A DNA stretch of 63,639 nucleotides, the filler included, from Octopus bimaculoides (lineage: Eukaryota), in NCBI RefSeq assembly GCF_001194135.2. It is 8 parts of 8 records of this genome, joined end to end, with 100 filler letters (N's around TTAATTAATTAA, not from the genome) between each part and the next. Parts side by side here need not be neighbours in the genome. Positions count along the whole stretch, not along the records: positions 18,847 to 26,635 come from NC_068983.1; positions 26,736 to 29,566 come from NC_069005.1; positions 29,667 to 55,983 come from NC_068991.1; 5 more parts are not named here. One strand, written 5' to 3'. Positions 25,935-39,389 of the stretch are shown here, piece after piece. The position numbers were made by a program, and so were the translations under genes. Within the stretch, counting starts at the first letter, position 1; each line of letters opens with the position of its first letter. Below the pieces are notes generated by a model. It was not told the origin of the DNA. It did no database searches and was given only the letters and a program-made list of their open reading frames with translations.

Positions 25935-26735
25935 TATGTAACAGTAGTAGCATGATATATTTCAAGAATATAATTTTTTTACAAATTGACAGGTAAGTTT
26001 CATTAATAACATCATTTTTTAGCACTCTTAGCTTTTAGACACTTTATCTATTTACATATTTTATACATTGATCTATTTATTCTTCATAAACATAGCCACA
26101 TATATGTATATGAGCTAGGCTATGCACGTGGGAAAGTATATATATTTGTGTGTGTGTGTGTAACAATTCATATATGTACATGTGCGTGTGTGTATATGAA
26201 AGAGGACATAGCAATTTACATATTTGATGTGTACATACTTATCTATATATGCATTCATATGCACACACACACATGTATAAATGCATGATTCTCTATGTCT
26301 AGATATGATTTATATATATATATGTACATCATCATCATCATCATCATCGTTTAACGTCCGCTTTCCATGCTAGCATGGGTTGGACGATCTGACTGAGGAC
26401 TGGTAAAACCGGATGGCAACACCAGGCTCCAATCTAATTTGGCAGAGTTTCTACAGCTGGATGCCCTTCCTAACGCCAACCACTCAGAGAGTGTAGTGGG
26501 TGCTTTTACGTGTCACCCACACGTAAACGGCCACGCTCGAAATTGTGTCTTTTATGTGCCACCCGCACAAGAGCCAGTCCAGGGGCACTGGCAACGATCT
26601 CGCTCGAAAACCCTAGAAGGCCAGTCAGGCGGTACNNNNNNNNNNNNNNNNNNNNNNNNNNNNNNNNNNNNNNNNNNNNTTAATTAATTAANNNNNNNNN
26701 NNNNNNNNNNNNNNNNNNNNNNNNNNNNNNNNNNN

Positions 26736-27042
26736 CATATGAAGTTTTGTCATTTAAAACTTCTTCACAAGCCGAAATATACTCACTTTTGTCCATAATG
26801 ACGATAGCGCCTCCCTTATCCGCCATCTTAATAACAATAGAATTGTTATTAGCTAGACGTCGGAGTGCGTAACGCTGGGAATTTGTGAGGTTATTCCAGG
26901 ATTTCTTTCCAGTTGTTTTAAGGCTTTCTCTAATGCTTGCCTGACAAGATTCAAGAAATTCTAGTAGTGCTTGTGAACGTCTCTCCCGAACTTTATCTGG
27001 ATACCAATTGGGATTCTTTTCAATCCAATTATGCCAGATTCG
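26736..27042 (-). mobile_element. Penelope-like element, N-terminal RT region
   Basis: NNLTNSQRYALRRLANNNSIVIKMADKGGAIVIMDKSEY is the PLE signature NLT..E..AL..L....IVIKPADKG. Confidence 0.85.
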
Positions 27043-27054
27043 ATCATCATCATC

Positions 27055-27180
27055 CACAATAATATCCGATTTATTGGCTGTGATGGTTCTGTATGTATGT
27101 ACTGGAAAGTTCCAAAGAATCGTAATATTTTCTCTCTCAGTTACAACCTCCGAGTGGTGCTTATACCACTGCTCTTGATA
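27055..27180 (-). mobile_element. R4/Dong-type LINE fragment (restriction-like endonuclease region)
   Basis: WYKHHSEVVTERENITILWNFPVHTYRTITANKSDIIV matches the WYEH.P..V.EN...ILWDF.I.TDR.I.ANRPDI motif. Confidence 0.75.
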
Positions 27181-27702
27181 CACACATATTTTCACTTTCA
27201 AAATGGAACGGAGTATAAATACCGTACACGACAAAATATTCCAAAAGTAAAAGGAGAAATGAACAGAAGGGAGAAAAAACAACATTCAAATAAGAGTTAG
27301 TAGATAAAGCATATTCCTAACAGTTTAACATGTACTTTTGAAAATAATGATAGTAAAAACAACAGTTATGATGTTATTATGCGGAATTGAGCAAATTCCA
27401 ACAGAAGCAAAACAAATAGAATTTTGATGCATCACACTATTCCAAGAAAAAAATTAGTTGGAAATAAGAGAGAGCAAAAAGATTTATGCATATGTTTTGG
27501 AAAGACTGCTGTAGACTACTTCTATCCTCACAAGAACTAGAAACACTCCAAGACATCTCAAGAGAAGTCCTGAGAAAGGTTTGAGCAAGGCAATTAATTT
27601 CATGTTACTTCTGTCTACTCAGCTATAAATAAGTACTAGCCGGATGCTTATGCAGTCTCTCTCTATTTCTCTCTCTCTTTCTTATACATACAAACACACT
27701 CA

Positions 27703-27771
<69 letters not shown>

Positions 27772-29107
27772 TCTCTCCCTAGCTATCATGTCCTAGCTGT
27801 TCTGCTGCGTTAAGGGTATTCCGCTATGTTACAGTATCATCTGCTGCACTTTTAAAATCGAAGAGTCAACCAAACCATAGGCTAAAATCGTTAGACGTAT
27901 CTCCAATAAATAGGGCTAAAACACGAGGAAATGTTGAAGATTGCAGAATGGGAGAATGGTTAAAGCAAGACTAATGAAGGGTGACATGCGATCGGAAGAC
28001 ATCAAAATTAATTTACAAGTTAGGATGATCCTTGAAAGCAAACTACAAAACTATACCAGAGCAGAACACACCTGAGGGCGTCGAGACAAAAGACATGAAA
28101 TGGATGATACAAGGCAAAAAGTCTAGTTATTATGTTTGTCTCTTATTACGCTGAAGCTTGTAGAGGCGCAATGGCCCAGTGGTTAGGGCAGCGGACTCGT
28201 GGTCATAGGATCCGGTTTCGATTCCCAGACCGGGCGTTGTGAGTGTTTATTGAGCGAAAACACCTAAAAAGCTCCACGAGGCTCCGGCAGGGGATGGTGG
28301 CGAACCCTGCTGTACTCTTTCACCACAACTTTCTCTCACTCTTACTTCCTGTTTCTGTTGTGCCTGTAATTCAAAGGGGTCAGCCTTGTCACACTGTGTC
28401 ACGCTGAATATCCCCAAGAACTACGTTAAGGGCACACATGTCTGTGGATTGCTCAGCCACTTGCACGTTAATTTCATGAGCAGGCTGTTTNNNNNNNNNN
28501 NNNNNNNNNNNNNNNNNNNNNNNNNNNNNNNNNNNNNNNNNNNNNNNNNNNNNNNNNNNNNNNNNNNNNNNNNNNNNNNNNNNNNNNNNNNNNNNNNNNN
28601 NNNNNNNNNNNNNNNNNNNNNNNNNNNNNNNNNNNNNNNNNNNNNNNNNNNNNNNNNNNNNNNNNNNNNNNNNNNNNNNNNNNNNNNNNNNNNNNNNNNN
28701 NNNNNNNNNNNNNNNNNNNNNNNNNNNNNNNNNNNNNNNNNNNNNNNNNNNNNNNNNNNNNNNNNNNNNNNNNNNNNNNNNNNNNNNNNNNNNNNNNNNN
28801 NNNNNNNNNNNNNNNNNNNNNNNNNNNNNNNNNNNNNNNNNNNNNNNNNNNNNNNNNNNNNNNNNNNNNNNNNNNNNNNNNNNNGAATTGGTGGGGTTTT
28901 GCCGCTGTTGTTTAGGTTGAAACAACCATGTTTACGTGGAAAAAATTCCAGATCTTATCATTTCTACAGAAGATAGTTATTGACAAGAAGGGTGACAGTT
29001 TTCGTCTCACACCTTTCTTCTATGAGAAAGCGTAACTAATATTTACACCTTGAAAATGAAATATAGCTTATTATTTTTAGAAAAAGACAAACACACAAAG
29101 TCCTCTC

Positions 29108-29168
<61 letters not shown>

Positions 29169-29198
29169 TACGTATATATGTATAATTACTGGACTTAC

Positions 29199-29367
29199 TT
29201 TGAAATGTGGTGGGTCCAATTTTATTCTTTGAGTCAGTATTTATGGCACATTGTTCGACTTGCAGACGATAAACAAGAGCAGGGAGTAGAGCTTCAAATT
29301 CTGTCTTTAGGAATGTCTGGTTTGGTCTTTTGGAAAAGAGTTTTAAAAAACTTTCCAGTGGTACACA
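29199..29367 (-). CDS. SLC39A12: ZIP-like transporter exon 5, PAL-motif domain (CVPLESFLKLF...FEALLPALVYRLQVEQC...KIGPTTFQ)
   Basis: ttgcag acceptor and A|GTAAGT donor. Aligns without gaps, from memory, to human ZIP12 CFSARQLVEIF...FKQMSPGIIQQLLSCSC...KLPPTTLEK, with the phase-1 intron just before the expected (K)YGY of TM1. Family assignment is strong; the exact paralog is uncertain. Confidence 0.8.
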
Positions 29368-29372
29368 CTGCA

Positions 29373-29403
<31 letters not shown>

Positions 29404-29408
29404 CATGC

Positions 29409-29471
<63 letters not shown>

Positions 29472-29512
29472 CAGACAAATAAACAGACAAACAGACACAT
29501 ACATACATAAAA

Positions 29513-29546
<34 letters not shown>

Positions 29547-30172
29547 CGTTTAAAGATTTTTGAACTNNNNNNNNNNNNNNNNNNNNNNNNNNNNNNNNNN
29601 NNNNNNNNNNTTAATTAATTAANNNNNNNNNNNNNNNNNNNNNNNNNNNNNNNNNNNNNNNNNNNNATAGTGTTATGTTTCCCTCGGGTGACTCGTAGAG
29701 ATAACATAACGAGTTATACAATTTAATTATTACATTTATTGTTCAATTACATACAAAGAACGCACTCACCCAATGTTCGTTATGAATAAACAAAAGTCAT
29801 GTCCGCCATATATATATCAATGACATTTTACTACGACAGTCCCACAAGACAACAACAATGAAACAATGAACTCAGACGAACCACATGACACACGGAACGT
29901 CAGACGAATTACATATCTAACAGTCCATATAACAAATAGCAATAACAATGCTGGTGACAATAATGATAACAACAACAGAGTTGAAGATGATCACAGCAAT
30001 GACAACAATGATGATGATGATAATTATCTTTACTCAAACAATGGGTGGAATGAATCTGATTATGATGGTGGTTTGCTTGAAATTTAAAAGAATGGCAAGA
30101 CTCAAATTGGAACTAGTGTGCTATACAATAGTGCATAGCAATAAAAGCTGAAACAGTTCAAAAGGGATTTAC

Positions 30173-30276
30173 CTTTGTTTTCTTCTGGCCAGCCATTAGG
30201 ATGTCCTCATAACCCAAGAATTCTTCCAGAAGAAACCATGTAAAGCTGTCTCCAATGCATTCATCCTTTAAAGGAT
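30173..30276 (-). CDS. ZIP-like transporter exon 4, ectodomain (xPLKDECIGDSFTWFLLEEFLGYEDILMAGQKKTK)
   Basis: Strong pyrimidine tract with ctttag acceptor (exon start 30276, phase 1); alternative AG gives start 30265, phase 0. Donor AAG|GTAAAT. Ends phase 0, in frame with exon 5. FTWFLLEEF resembles the ZIP12 'DYFTEYIF' helix. Confidence 0.65.
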
Positions 30277-30523
30277 CTAAAGATGAGAGGAAATATAGAA
30301 TATTTAGTCACAGAAGTCAAACAGACAAAAGAAAAAAGAAGACCAATGATTAGTAAAACATCAGAAATATAGTCTTCCAGCCCACCAATCACATGGTTCC
30401 GGGTTCAGTCCCACTGCGTGGCATCTTGGGCAAGTGTCTTCTACTATAGCCTCAGGCCGACCAAAGCCTTGTGAGTGGATTTGGTAGACGCAAACTGAAA
30501 GAAGCCCATCATATATATGTATG

Positions 30524-30562
<39 letters not shown>

Positions 30563-30745
30563 NNNNNNNNNNNNNNNNNNNNNNNNNNNNNNNNNNNNNN
30601 NNNNNNNNNNNNNNNNNNNNNNNNNNNNNNNNNNNNNNNNNNNNNNNNNNNNNNNNNNNNNNNNNNNNNNNNNNNNNNNNNNNNNNNNNNNNNNNNNNNN
30701 NNNNNNNNNNNNNNTATATATATATATATATGTGTGAGTGTGTGT

Positions 30746-30790
<45 letters not shown>

Positions 30791-31012
30791 TGTGTCTGTG
30801 TTTGTCCCCCTAGCATTGCTTGACAATCGATGCTGGTGTGTTTATGTCCCCATCACTTAGCGGTTCGGCAAAAGAGACTATTAGAATAAGTACTGGGCTT
30901 ACAAAGAATAAGTCCCGGGGTTGATTTGCTCGACTAAAGGCGGTGCTCCAGGATGGCCACAGTCAAATGACTGAAACAAGTAAAAGAGTAAAAAGAGTAA
31001 AAAGAGTATATA

Positions 31013-32285
31013 CAGAGTGTTTCAAAAAATTTGATATCATTTCGCAATCTGATAACTCTGCCAATTCTTGTTCAAATGACTTCAATTTTTAACAGTATAT
31101 GTAGAAACAGGTCAAAACTTTATGTTTAATATTTGATATGTTTATCTGTCCAGGTATATAAATGGCATTCACTGGAAGAGAAAAGGCGTTTTGTGTGTTA
31201 GAGTATGCTCAAACACAGTTGAACAAGACTGTGCAACGTGCATTTGTGAGAGATTTCTTTAAAAGTCGCCAACGACAATGCAGATTTAGACATGGCACAA
31301 AAAATTCAAAGAGGAAGGCTGTCTGTGCAGGGCAAAAGGATCTGAACGACTACAAACATCGGAAGAGACAGTTGAGTGGATTTGCCAAAATCTCTTGTTG
31401 CAATGCCCCAAGAAGTCCATAAGAGGAACAAGTCTGGAAACCCAGATTCCTCCAACAATAGTTTGGTGTGTCCTGAGGAAACACTTGCTAATGAAACCCT
31501 ACAAGCTGCAGCTTGTTCAGGCCATAACAGCAGATGACAAGCAAAAGCGCAAACAATTCTTTGTTGATATGCAAGAGAAACTTGAAGAAGCTGAGTTCAA
31601 GGAACATCTTGTTTTCAGTGATGAGGCTACATTTCATACAAATAGCAAAGTCAATAAGCATAATGTTCGCATTTGGAGTGAAGAAAATTCCTATGCCACA
31701 GTTGAGCATGAGAGGGACTCACCAAAAGTGAATGTGTTCTGCACCATTTCCAAGAACCATCTTCATGGCCCATTTTTCTTTAAGGGAAATGTGACTGGCA
31801 ATGTCTATCTGCAAATGCTTCAGAACTGGCTAATGGACGAGCTCATTGCAAATGAACCTGAAGACTTCATTTTTCAACAGGACAGGGCTCCACCTCACTG
31901 GGAGCTCACTGTGCAGGCTTATCTCAATTACAATCTGTGAAGAAAATGGATCAGGTGTGCTGGTGATGAAGACAATGTGCTGTTGAAATGGCCACCACAT
32001 TCACCTGACCTGACACCTTGCAATTTTTTTCTCTGGGGCTATGTAAAAGGCTTGGTCTATATCCCCACTCTTCCTGCAAACCTAGAGGAACTCGAGCAGA
32101 GAATCACTAGCGCACTGGAGACTGTTACCCAAGACATGCCACAGCATGTTTGGGAGGAGCTGGACAACCAACTTGATGTGTGCCGTGTTGTTCAACATTA
32201 AGCTTGTTTAATTTCATTTGCTTTGATTATGTAGTTTCTGTAATATTTACATCTCAAATAATATCAAATTCTTTGAAACACCCTG
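31013..32285 (+). mobile_element. Tc1/mariner transposon of the DD41D (rosa)-like group, full length, defective
   Basis: TA TSDs and about 29-bp TIRs (CAGAGTGTTTCAAAAAATTTGATAT / ATATCAAATTCTTTGAAACACCCTG). Motifs FSDEATFH, FQQDRAPPH and WPPHSPDLTPCNFFLWGYVK, with a frameshift and an in-frame stop. Confidence 0.95.
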
Positions 32286-32838
32286 TATATTATATGATAC
32301 ACACAATCTTCGAATGTTTGGCCTTACAGAGGCAATGACAAGTGACCAAGACCTTTGGAGATATGATGCACTTAAGAAGGTCTGTCAAGCCAAGTGAGAT
32401 CATAGCTATGACTGATACCAGTGTCACATAACTGGCCAGTCGTTGGCAATATACTGTGTTTGAGAAGACCTATTGAGTCAAGTGAAATCATAGTTGTGGC
32501 TGATGCCAGTTCTGCTTGACTGGCACCCATGCTGATGGCATGTAAAAACCACCCACTACACTCTCGGAGTGGTTGGTGTTAGAAAGGGTATCCAGCTGTA
32601 GAAACCTTGCTAGATCAGATTGGAGCGTGGTGCAGCCACATGGTTTGCCAGTCCTTAGTCAAACTGTCCAACCCATGCCAGCATGGAAAGCGGACGTTAA
32701 ACGACAACGACGACGATGATGATGATGATGATATGTACTCACTCATATTCACACACAGAAATACACAGACAGATCTGTTCTTTCATAGAAATACATTTAA
32801 AATACATGCATCCACTGACACACACACACACTCAGATG

Positions 32839-32885
<47 letters not shown>

Positions 32886-33780
32886 GCACACACCNNNNNN
32901 NNNNNNNNNNNNNNNNNNNNNNNNNNNNNNNNNNNNNNNNNNNNNNNNNNNNNNNNNNNNNNNNNNNNNNNNNNNNNNNNNNNNNNNNNNNNNNNNNNNN
33001 NNNNNNNNNNNNNNNNNNNNNNNNNNNNNNNNNNNNNNNNNNNNNNNNNNNNNNNNNNNNNNNNNNNNNNNNNNNNNNNNNNNNNNNNNNNNNNNNNNNN
33101 NNNNNNNNNNNNNNNNNNNNNNNNNNNNNNNNNNNNNNNNNNNNNNNNNNNNNNNNNNNNNNNNNNNNNNNNNNNNNNNNNNNNNNNNNNNNNNNNNNNN
33201 NNNNNNNNNNNNNNNNNNNNNNNNNNNNNNNNNNNNNNNNNNNNNNNNNNNNNNNNNNNNNNNNNNNNNNNNNNNNNNNNNNNNNNNNNNNNNNNNNNNN
33301 NNNNNNNNNNNNNNNNNNNNNNNNNNNNNNNNNNNNNNNNNNNNNNNNNNNNNNNNNNNNNNNNNNNNNNNNNNNNNNNNNNNNNNNNNNNNNNNNNNNN
33401 NNNNNNNNNNNNNNNNNNNNNNNNNNNNNNNNNNNNNNNNNNNNNNNNNNNNNNNNNNNNNNNNNNNNNNNNNNNNNNNNNNNNNNNNNNNNNNNNNNNN
33501 NNNNNNNNNNNNNNNNNNNNNNNNNNNNNNNNNNNNNNNNNNNNNNNNNNNNNNNNNNNNNNNNNNNNNNNNNNNNNNNNNNNNNNNNNNNNNNNNNNNN
33601 NNNNNNNNNNNNNNNNNNNNNNNNNNNNNNNNNNNNNNNNNNNNNNNNNNNNNNNNNNNNNNNNNNNNNNNNNNNNNNNNNNNNNNNNNNNNNNNNNNNN
33701 NNNNNNNNNNNNNNNNNNNNNNNNNNNNNNNNNNNNNNNNNNNNNNNNNNNNNNNNNNNNNNNNNNNNNNNNCTCAGATG

Positions 33781-33827
<47 letters not shown>

Positions 33828-34038
33828 GCACACACCACTATACTCAGAGACTCTCTAGCTATTACAGGGAGTGCACGATGCACTCCTCTCCTACAATTTG
33901 GAGGCTAAATTGAAGATGATTCATGTCATATGATGCTGTGTTAGAGGTTGGGATGTAGAAGTTGGCAGCAAATTATGGAACTGACTTGGCATGTGACCCC
34001 AAAAACATTTACAAAACATCATAACGATATCTGTTTAA

Positions 34039-34255
34039 CCCTTTCATTATTGTATTTATTTTGAGATGCTCTGTGTTTCTTTCAATTACTTTAAATATAA
34101 CAAAGAATTTAGTAAAATAACTTTATCATTAAGCTAGTATTAGGAACATAAATTGTGACTAAGGTTTGATGGAAGATTTTAATTCAAAACTTATGAAAAC
34201 AAGACATTTGTACTCAGAGCCAGAGCCAGTTTCAGCCCGGTTGGTAACAAAAGGG
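34039..34255. mobile_element. piggyBac-type MITE (217 bp)
   Basis: TTAA TSDs at 34035-38 and 34256-59; CCCTTT termini; no ORF. Confidence 0.8.
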
Positions 34256-35676
34256 TTAATGAGGATGTCATTATTGTTGTGTTGGTTAGGGTTAGGGTGG
34301 TGATAGTGGTGGTGGTGTTTGTGTTGTCATTGTTGGTGGTGGTGATGTTTGTCCTGTTATCATTGTTGTTGTGGATGGAGATGGAGATGGTGGTGGCACT
34401 GATGGTAGTAGCAGTGGAAGTGGTGGCGGTGGCAGCGCTGGCGGTGGTGGTGGTGGTAGTGGTGATGGCGGGGGATGCTTCTGCTGCTGCTGGTACTGGT
34501 GACGTTTATGCTGTTATGTTGGTGATAGTGTCTTTATTGAGCAACTATAGCCACCTTAGCCTGAATTCTACTACAGTAAACCATATTAAAAAAAAAAGAA
34601 AGAGACAGAGAGGGCATCACCAGTCTGGGAAACCCTATGAAGAGTCTCCAAGACAGATGAAAGGTTTTGATGTCATGTTCATCGTTTTAATGTATGCTTT
34701 AGTCTTCTAGAAGCCTATCTTTTCTTCAGATCTAGATTCTTACAAAAGATTTCAAGGGAGATGCTTTTTTAGAGAGAGAAGTAGTTGCATAGTTTTTTTT
34801 ATCTTTTTAAGGCGAAATGTAACAGCATCCCTCATGGTTTTTGTAGCTTGGCTGAAGCTTTAGAAATTACAAAGGTTTACTTGCCTAGTGATTAGACCCA
34901 AAATCTTCCTTCATCATCTTTCTATGGCTGATTGCAAGCTATCACATATCACTACTCACTGTGATGTTGTTCTAAGTCATTCAGTACAGCTGTTGTTAGT
35001 TGAAAGAGATCATTGCAGGACAGAAAACACCTTAGTCAGTTGCTTACTTTCTCATATCTATCTTCAGTTTCCTAGCTGTCATAAAAAGTATCCTACCAAT
35101 CCAATATAAATGCTTTGATTCGGTTGAATCAAATCCTTTTAGAGCCCAGCCACTTTAGAGAGTTTTACAGGATGCTTTTTCATGTCACCAACACTTGTGG
35201 GGTCACCTTGAAATTTGCAGAGTTTAAAGGGTTTAAAGGGGCCCCTACAACTGTAGGAGAATAGAGAAGAGAGGGAGAAAGAGAATGAAGACAGATAGAC
35301 AGTGGGATTATTTTAGGCAAGGTGATGAGGGAGGGTAAAGAATGATGAGAGGAACAGATTTATAGTTGTGAAAGTGTGGTAGTAGGGAGAGTAATAGAGT
35401 GAGAGTTATCTGGAGATGGAGAGAGAGAAAGGATAAATGTCAACGGAAACAGAGATATATTGAAGGAAGAAAACAGGGGTTGGGGCTATCAACTGAATCC
35501 AACCATTTACTTGGTTACATTTTTTTTTATGGCAGCCAGGAAAATGAAGACAGACATCAGAAAGTAGGCAACTGACTAAGATGTTTACTCTCCTGCCATA
35601 TTCTCTCTCATCTGACAACAGTTTCACTTAATGGATTAGGACATCTCAATAAGTAGCGATATGTGATAGCATGCAT

Positions 35677-35745
<69 letters not shown>

Positions 35746-36384
35746 CAGAGAAACACATTCACACATACATATGCACATCATACACACACATGCNNNNNNN
35801 NNNNNNNNNNNNNNNNNNNNTCATACACACACTCAAACAACATCTATACACTCACATAGCATACACATATGCACAGTCTTGCACAACACACACAACATAC
35901 ACCTATATATGCACTCTTTTACACTCACACATTCACACAAAGGCACATAATCTCAGACATGCACTATAACATACACACATTCATAAACATTTTGTTATAC
36001 ATATGCATAGACATACAAATGCACACATACGCACACACAAAAAAAACAGCTACACACACATATATCAAAAGACACATGTATACACACTAATATACACACA
36101 CACAAAAAAAACAGCTACACACACATATATCAAAAGACACATGTATACACACTAATATACACACGCACAGATACACACACACACACACACACACATACAC
36201 ACAATCACACACAATCACACACATCCAGGTACACTCCCATACAAACATACACACATGTCCACACGAAAATACACACACATACATACTCAGGGTGTATATA
36301 TCATGTACTCTCTGTTGCAGAAACAGTCAATCATGTTATAGAACACAACAGCTGATGATGGCACCATAGTTACTGAGTAATCTT

Positions 36385-37605
36385 ATGGGATTATCATGTA
36401 CATGTGGTTAGTACTCTAATTATCTTGTAAATGTAGTACATTCTCCAATCATGTGCATATAGTATGTATGCTGATTATCTCATATGTGTAACCTGTACTT
36501 TAATTATTTTGTATGTGTAGTCTGTACTCTTATACATGTAGCCTATACTCTGATTATATTATACATGTACTCAGATTATTTTATAAAATTAATTAAATAA
36601 TCTGTACTAAGATTATTTTATACATACAGCCTGTACTGTAATTATTTTGTACAGGCATGGCTATGTGGTAAGAAGCTTGCTTCCCAACCATGTGGTTCTT
36701 GGTTCTGTCCCACTGTGTGGCACCTTAGGCAAGTGTCTTCTACTATAGCCTCAGGTCTACCAAAGCCTTGTGAGTGGATTTGGTAGACAGAAACTGAAAG
36801 ATGGTGGCGAGCTGGCAGAAACGTTAGCATGCCAAGCAAAATGCTTAGCTGTATTTCGTCTGCCTTTACGTTCTGAGTTCAAATTCCGCTGAGGTTGACT
36901 TTGCCTTTCATCCTTTAAGGGTCGATAAATTAAGTACCAGTTACGCACTGGGGGTCGATGTAATTGACTTAATCCCTTTGTCTGTCCTGATTTGTCCCCT
37001 CTATGTTTAGCCCCTTGTGGGCAATAAAGAAATAAGAAACTGAAAGAAGCCTGTCTCTTATATGTATATATATATTTATATATCTATGAATGTGTGTCCT
37101 TGTGTCTATATTTATCTCCCACCACCACTTGACGACTGATGTTCATGTGTTTACGTTCCCATCACTTAGCAGATCAGCAAAGGAGATTGATAGAATAAGT
37201 ACCATGCTTCAAAAAAAGGGGGTACTAGGGTCAATTCATTCAACTAAGAATTCCTCAAGGCTGAGCCCCCAGCATGGCTGCAGTCTAATGACTGAAACAA
37301 GTAGAAGATAAAAGATAAACAATACAGCTTGTACTCCCTAATTATCAGGTAGCTATAGTCTGTACCCTCTAATTATCTTGCCCATGTAATTTATATTCTA
37401 ATTATGCTGTTCATGCACTCTGTACTCTAATTATCTTGTATATGTAGTTTGTACTCTGATTATCCAGTACATGTAGTCTATACTTCTTTGTTAATTTGTA
37501 AATGTAGTTTGTACTCTCTAATCATCTTTTAAATGTAGCCTGTAATCTGATTATTTTATTGTTTGTACCCTGATTATCTTATATGTGTAGTCTATACTCT
37601 CAAAT
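36385..37605. repeat. about 29-bp minisatellite interrupted by SINE A, which itself contains SINE B
   Basis: Consensus about TTATCTTGTACATGTAGTCTGTACTCTAA on both sides of 36655-37317. SINE B TSD AGAAACTGAAAGA at 36789-36801 and 37035-37047. Confidence 0.75.
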
Positions 37606-38199
37606 CCATGATGTATCAAGTTAAGTTCCTGAATTCTCACATTTTTTTAAGCCATCCAAGTAAAAGGAAGTGGCCATTTTGAGGCTGTTTCTTCATCACC
37701 CAATTTAATGTGACCATCTGTTCATTACGTCTTAAGTAGAGGGTCTTTTATGTTGCAAACATTCAGGCCTGGTGTGAATATAATTTCTTTCCATTGTCCT
37801 GGGAAATATTGGGAAAATAAGACATGGGCCTTCCTTTCCTTCTAGATAAATCATAAAGCAAAAAGAGAGGCTTTTTTCAACTATCATTTCAAGCATTTTG
37901 AGCAACCATGTAGTCTCCNNNNNNNNNNCATAGGCTCATGGAGTATCTCTCTGTCAGTCTGTCAGTTTGCTTGCCTGTCAGTCTGCTTCTTTGTCTACTT
38001 GTCTATTTGCCTGTTTGCACCCCCCTCTGTCTCAGACAATGAGACATCCCCGACTCTTCACAAATAACACACATATCCAAACTCACAGATTCACCAATTT
38101 CCTCAGAACTTATCAACTGAAAAAAAAAACACTTTGAATAACGCAGTCTTAGATATATAAAATTTATGGGATGGTCATGGCTGGAAGGTAAGACTGTTT

Positions 38200-38990
38200 G
38201 TAGATTTGTTACTCTAACTTTTCGATGAATCTTCTGACTGCCAATTTTTCATGAATTTATTTTGGTTTCATCATAAGAGTTCTAGTCGTATATTTCAGTA
38301 ACAGTTTGTCATAGATATTTGATGCTATCACCATTAACATAATTCCTCAATAGTTTTTAACCAGATCTAAATTTCTTTGAGTGGGAATGGAAGAATACAA
38401 CCTTTGGCTAATTTCCTAATAGGGTTTTGATTGTAAACTACATTACATCATTAAAAGATGCCTTTGTCTTCTAGAATGCCTCTGTTTCCTAAAATACCAA
38501 TGACATATCAAATTTTGTTACCTTCCTGATTTTCACCCTTTTCAGTACTTCTATGAGTTCATCTAAAGTTTATCCTCAAATTTGAAGTCGAGGTTATATT
38601 TAATAGCAGTTTCTATGGGTGTATCTGAAACTGATGGGAGACTGTCAAGAATGTTTCAGGAAATGTTTTTTCTGCTTATTTAATCATTACTGAAGACTCA
38701 TAACATTTTGTTTTAACTTATACATACTTTTTCTGCCACTAATTTCATTGGCAATTAGCCAGAGCAGGGAGAATTGATTGTTTACTGCTGTGAATACAAT
38801 CAGATATATTTTCCTTTCAATATATTTCTGTCGTTCTTTTCATAAATATAAGTAAGATTTTGTTGAGCGCTTTTAAATTTGATATCTGTCCTGGAAGGTT
38901 TGGTTGACTTTAAGTGGTTAGTACTTTTCAACTGACTGTGCTTCTCTATAATTGCTTCAGACTCCCATTGGAGGTAAAAGATTCTTCTGT
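38200..38990 (-). mobile_element. old non-LTR retrotransposon RT fragment
   Basis: TPIETAIKYNLDF..LDELIEVLK..KGCILPFP...IASNIYDKLLL across stops. Confidence 0.6.
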
Positions 38991-39389
38991 AGCTTATTGA
39001 TATGAAGTGACACAACGATCATACATCTTATGTTGTTATATTGTTATACTTTGCATTCAGGGAGCTGGTTTCATCTGCCACACTTCAAGCCTATGTTTGT
39101 CTGAGATTATGTATTGTTGATGAATTTGTTTGTTGTAAAATGAAAACCTGTTTTATACAGAAATTTTTGAATATTTTTGTTGTTGTGTAAGCTCATTAAA
39201 ATTCTGGCAACTATTATACAATGATCAAAAATAACCCTTTCAAAGGAATTACACACTTAATAGCTAAGCACAATGTTTTTCCAATTATGAACCTGTTATC
39301 AGAACTATATCACTATGTTACTATATAAACCAGACTATCAAATGTTGTTATACATCACCAGTTACAATGCACTTCCATCTCTTTCTTGA

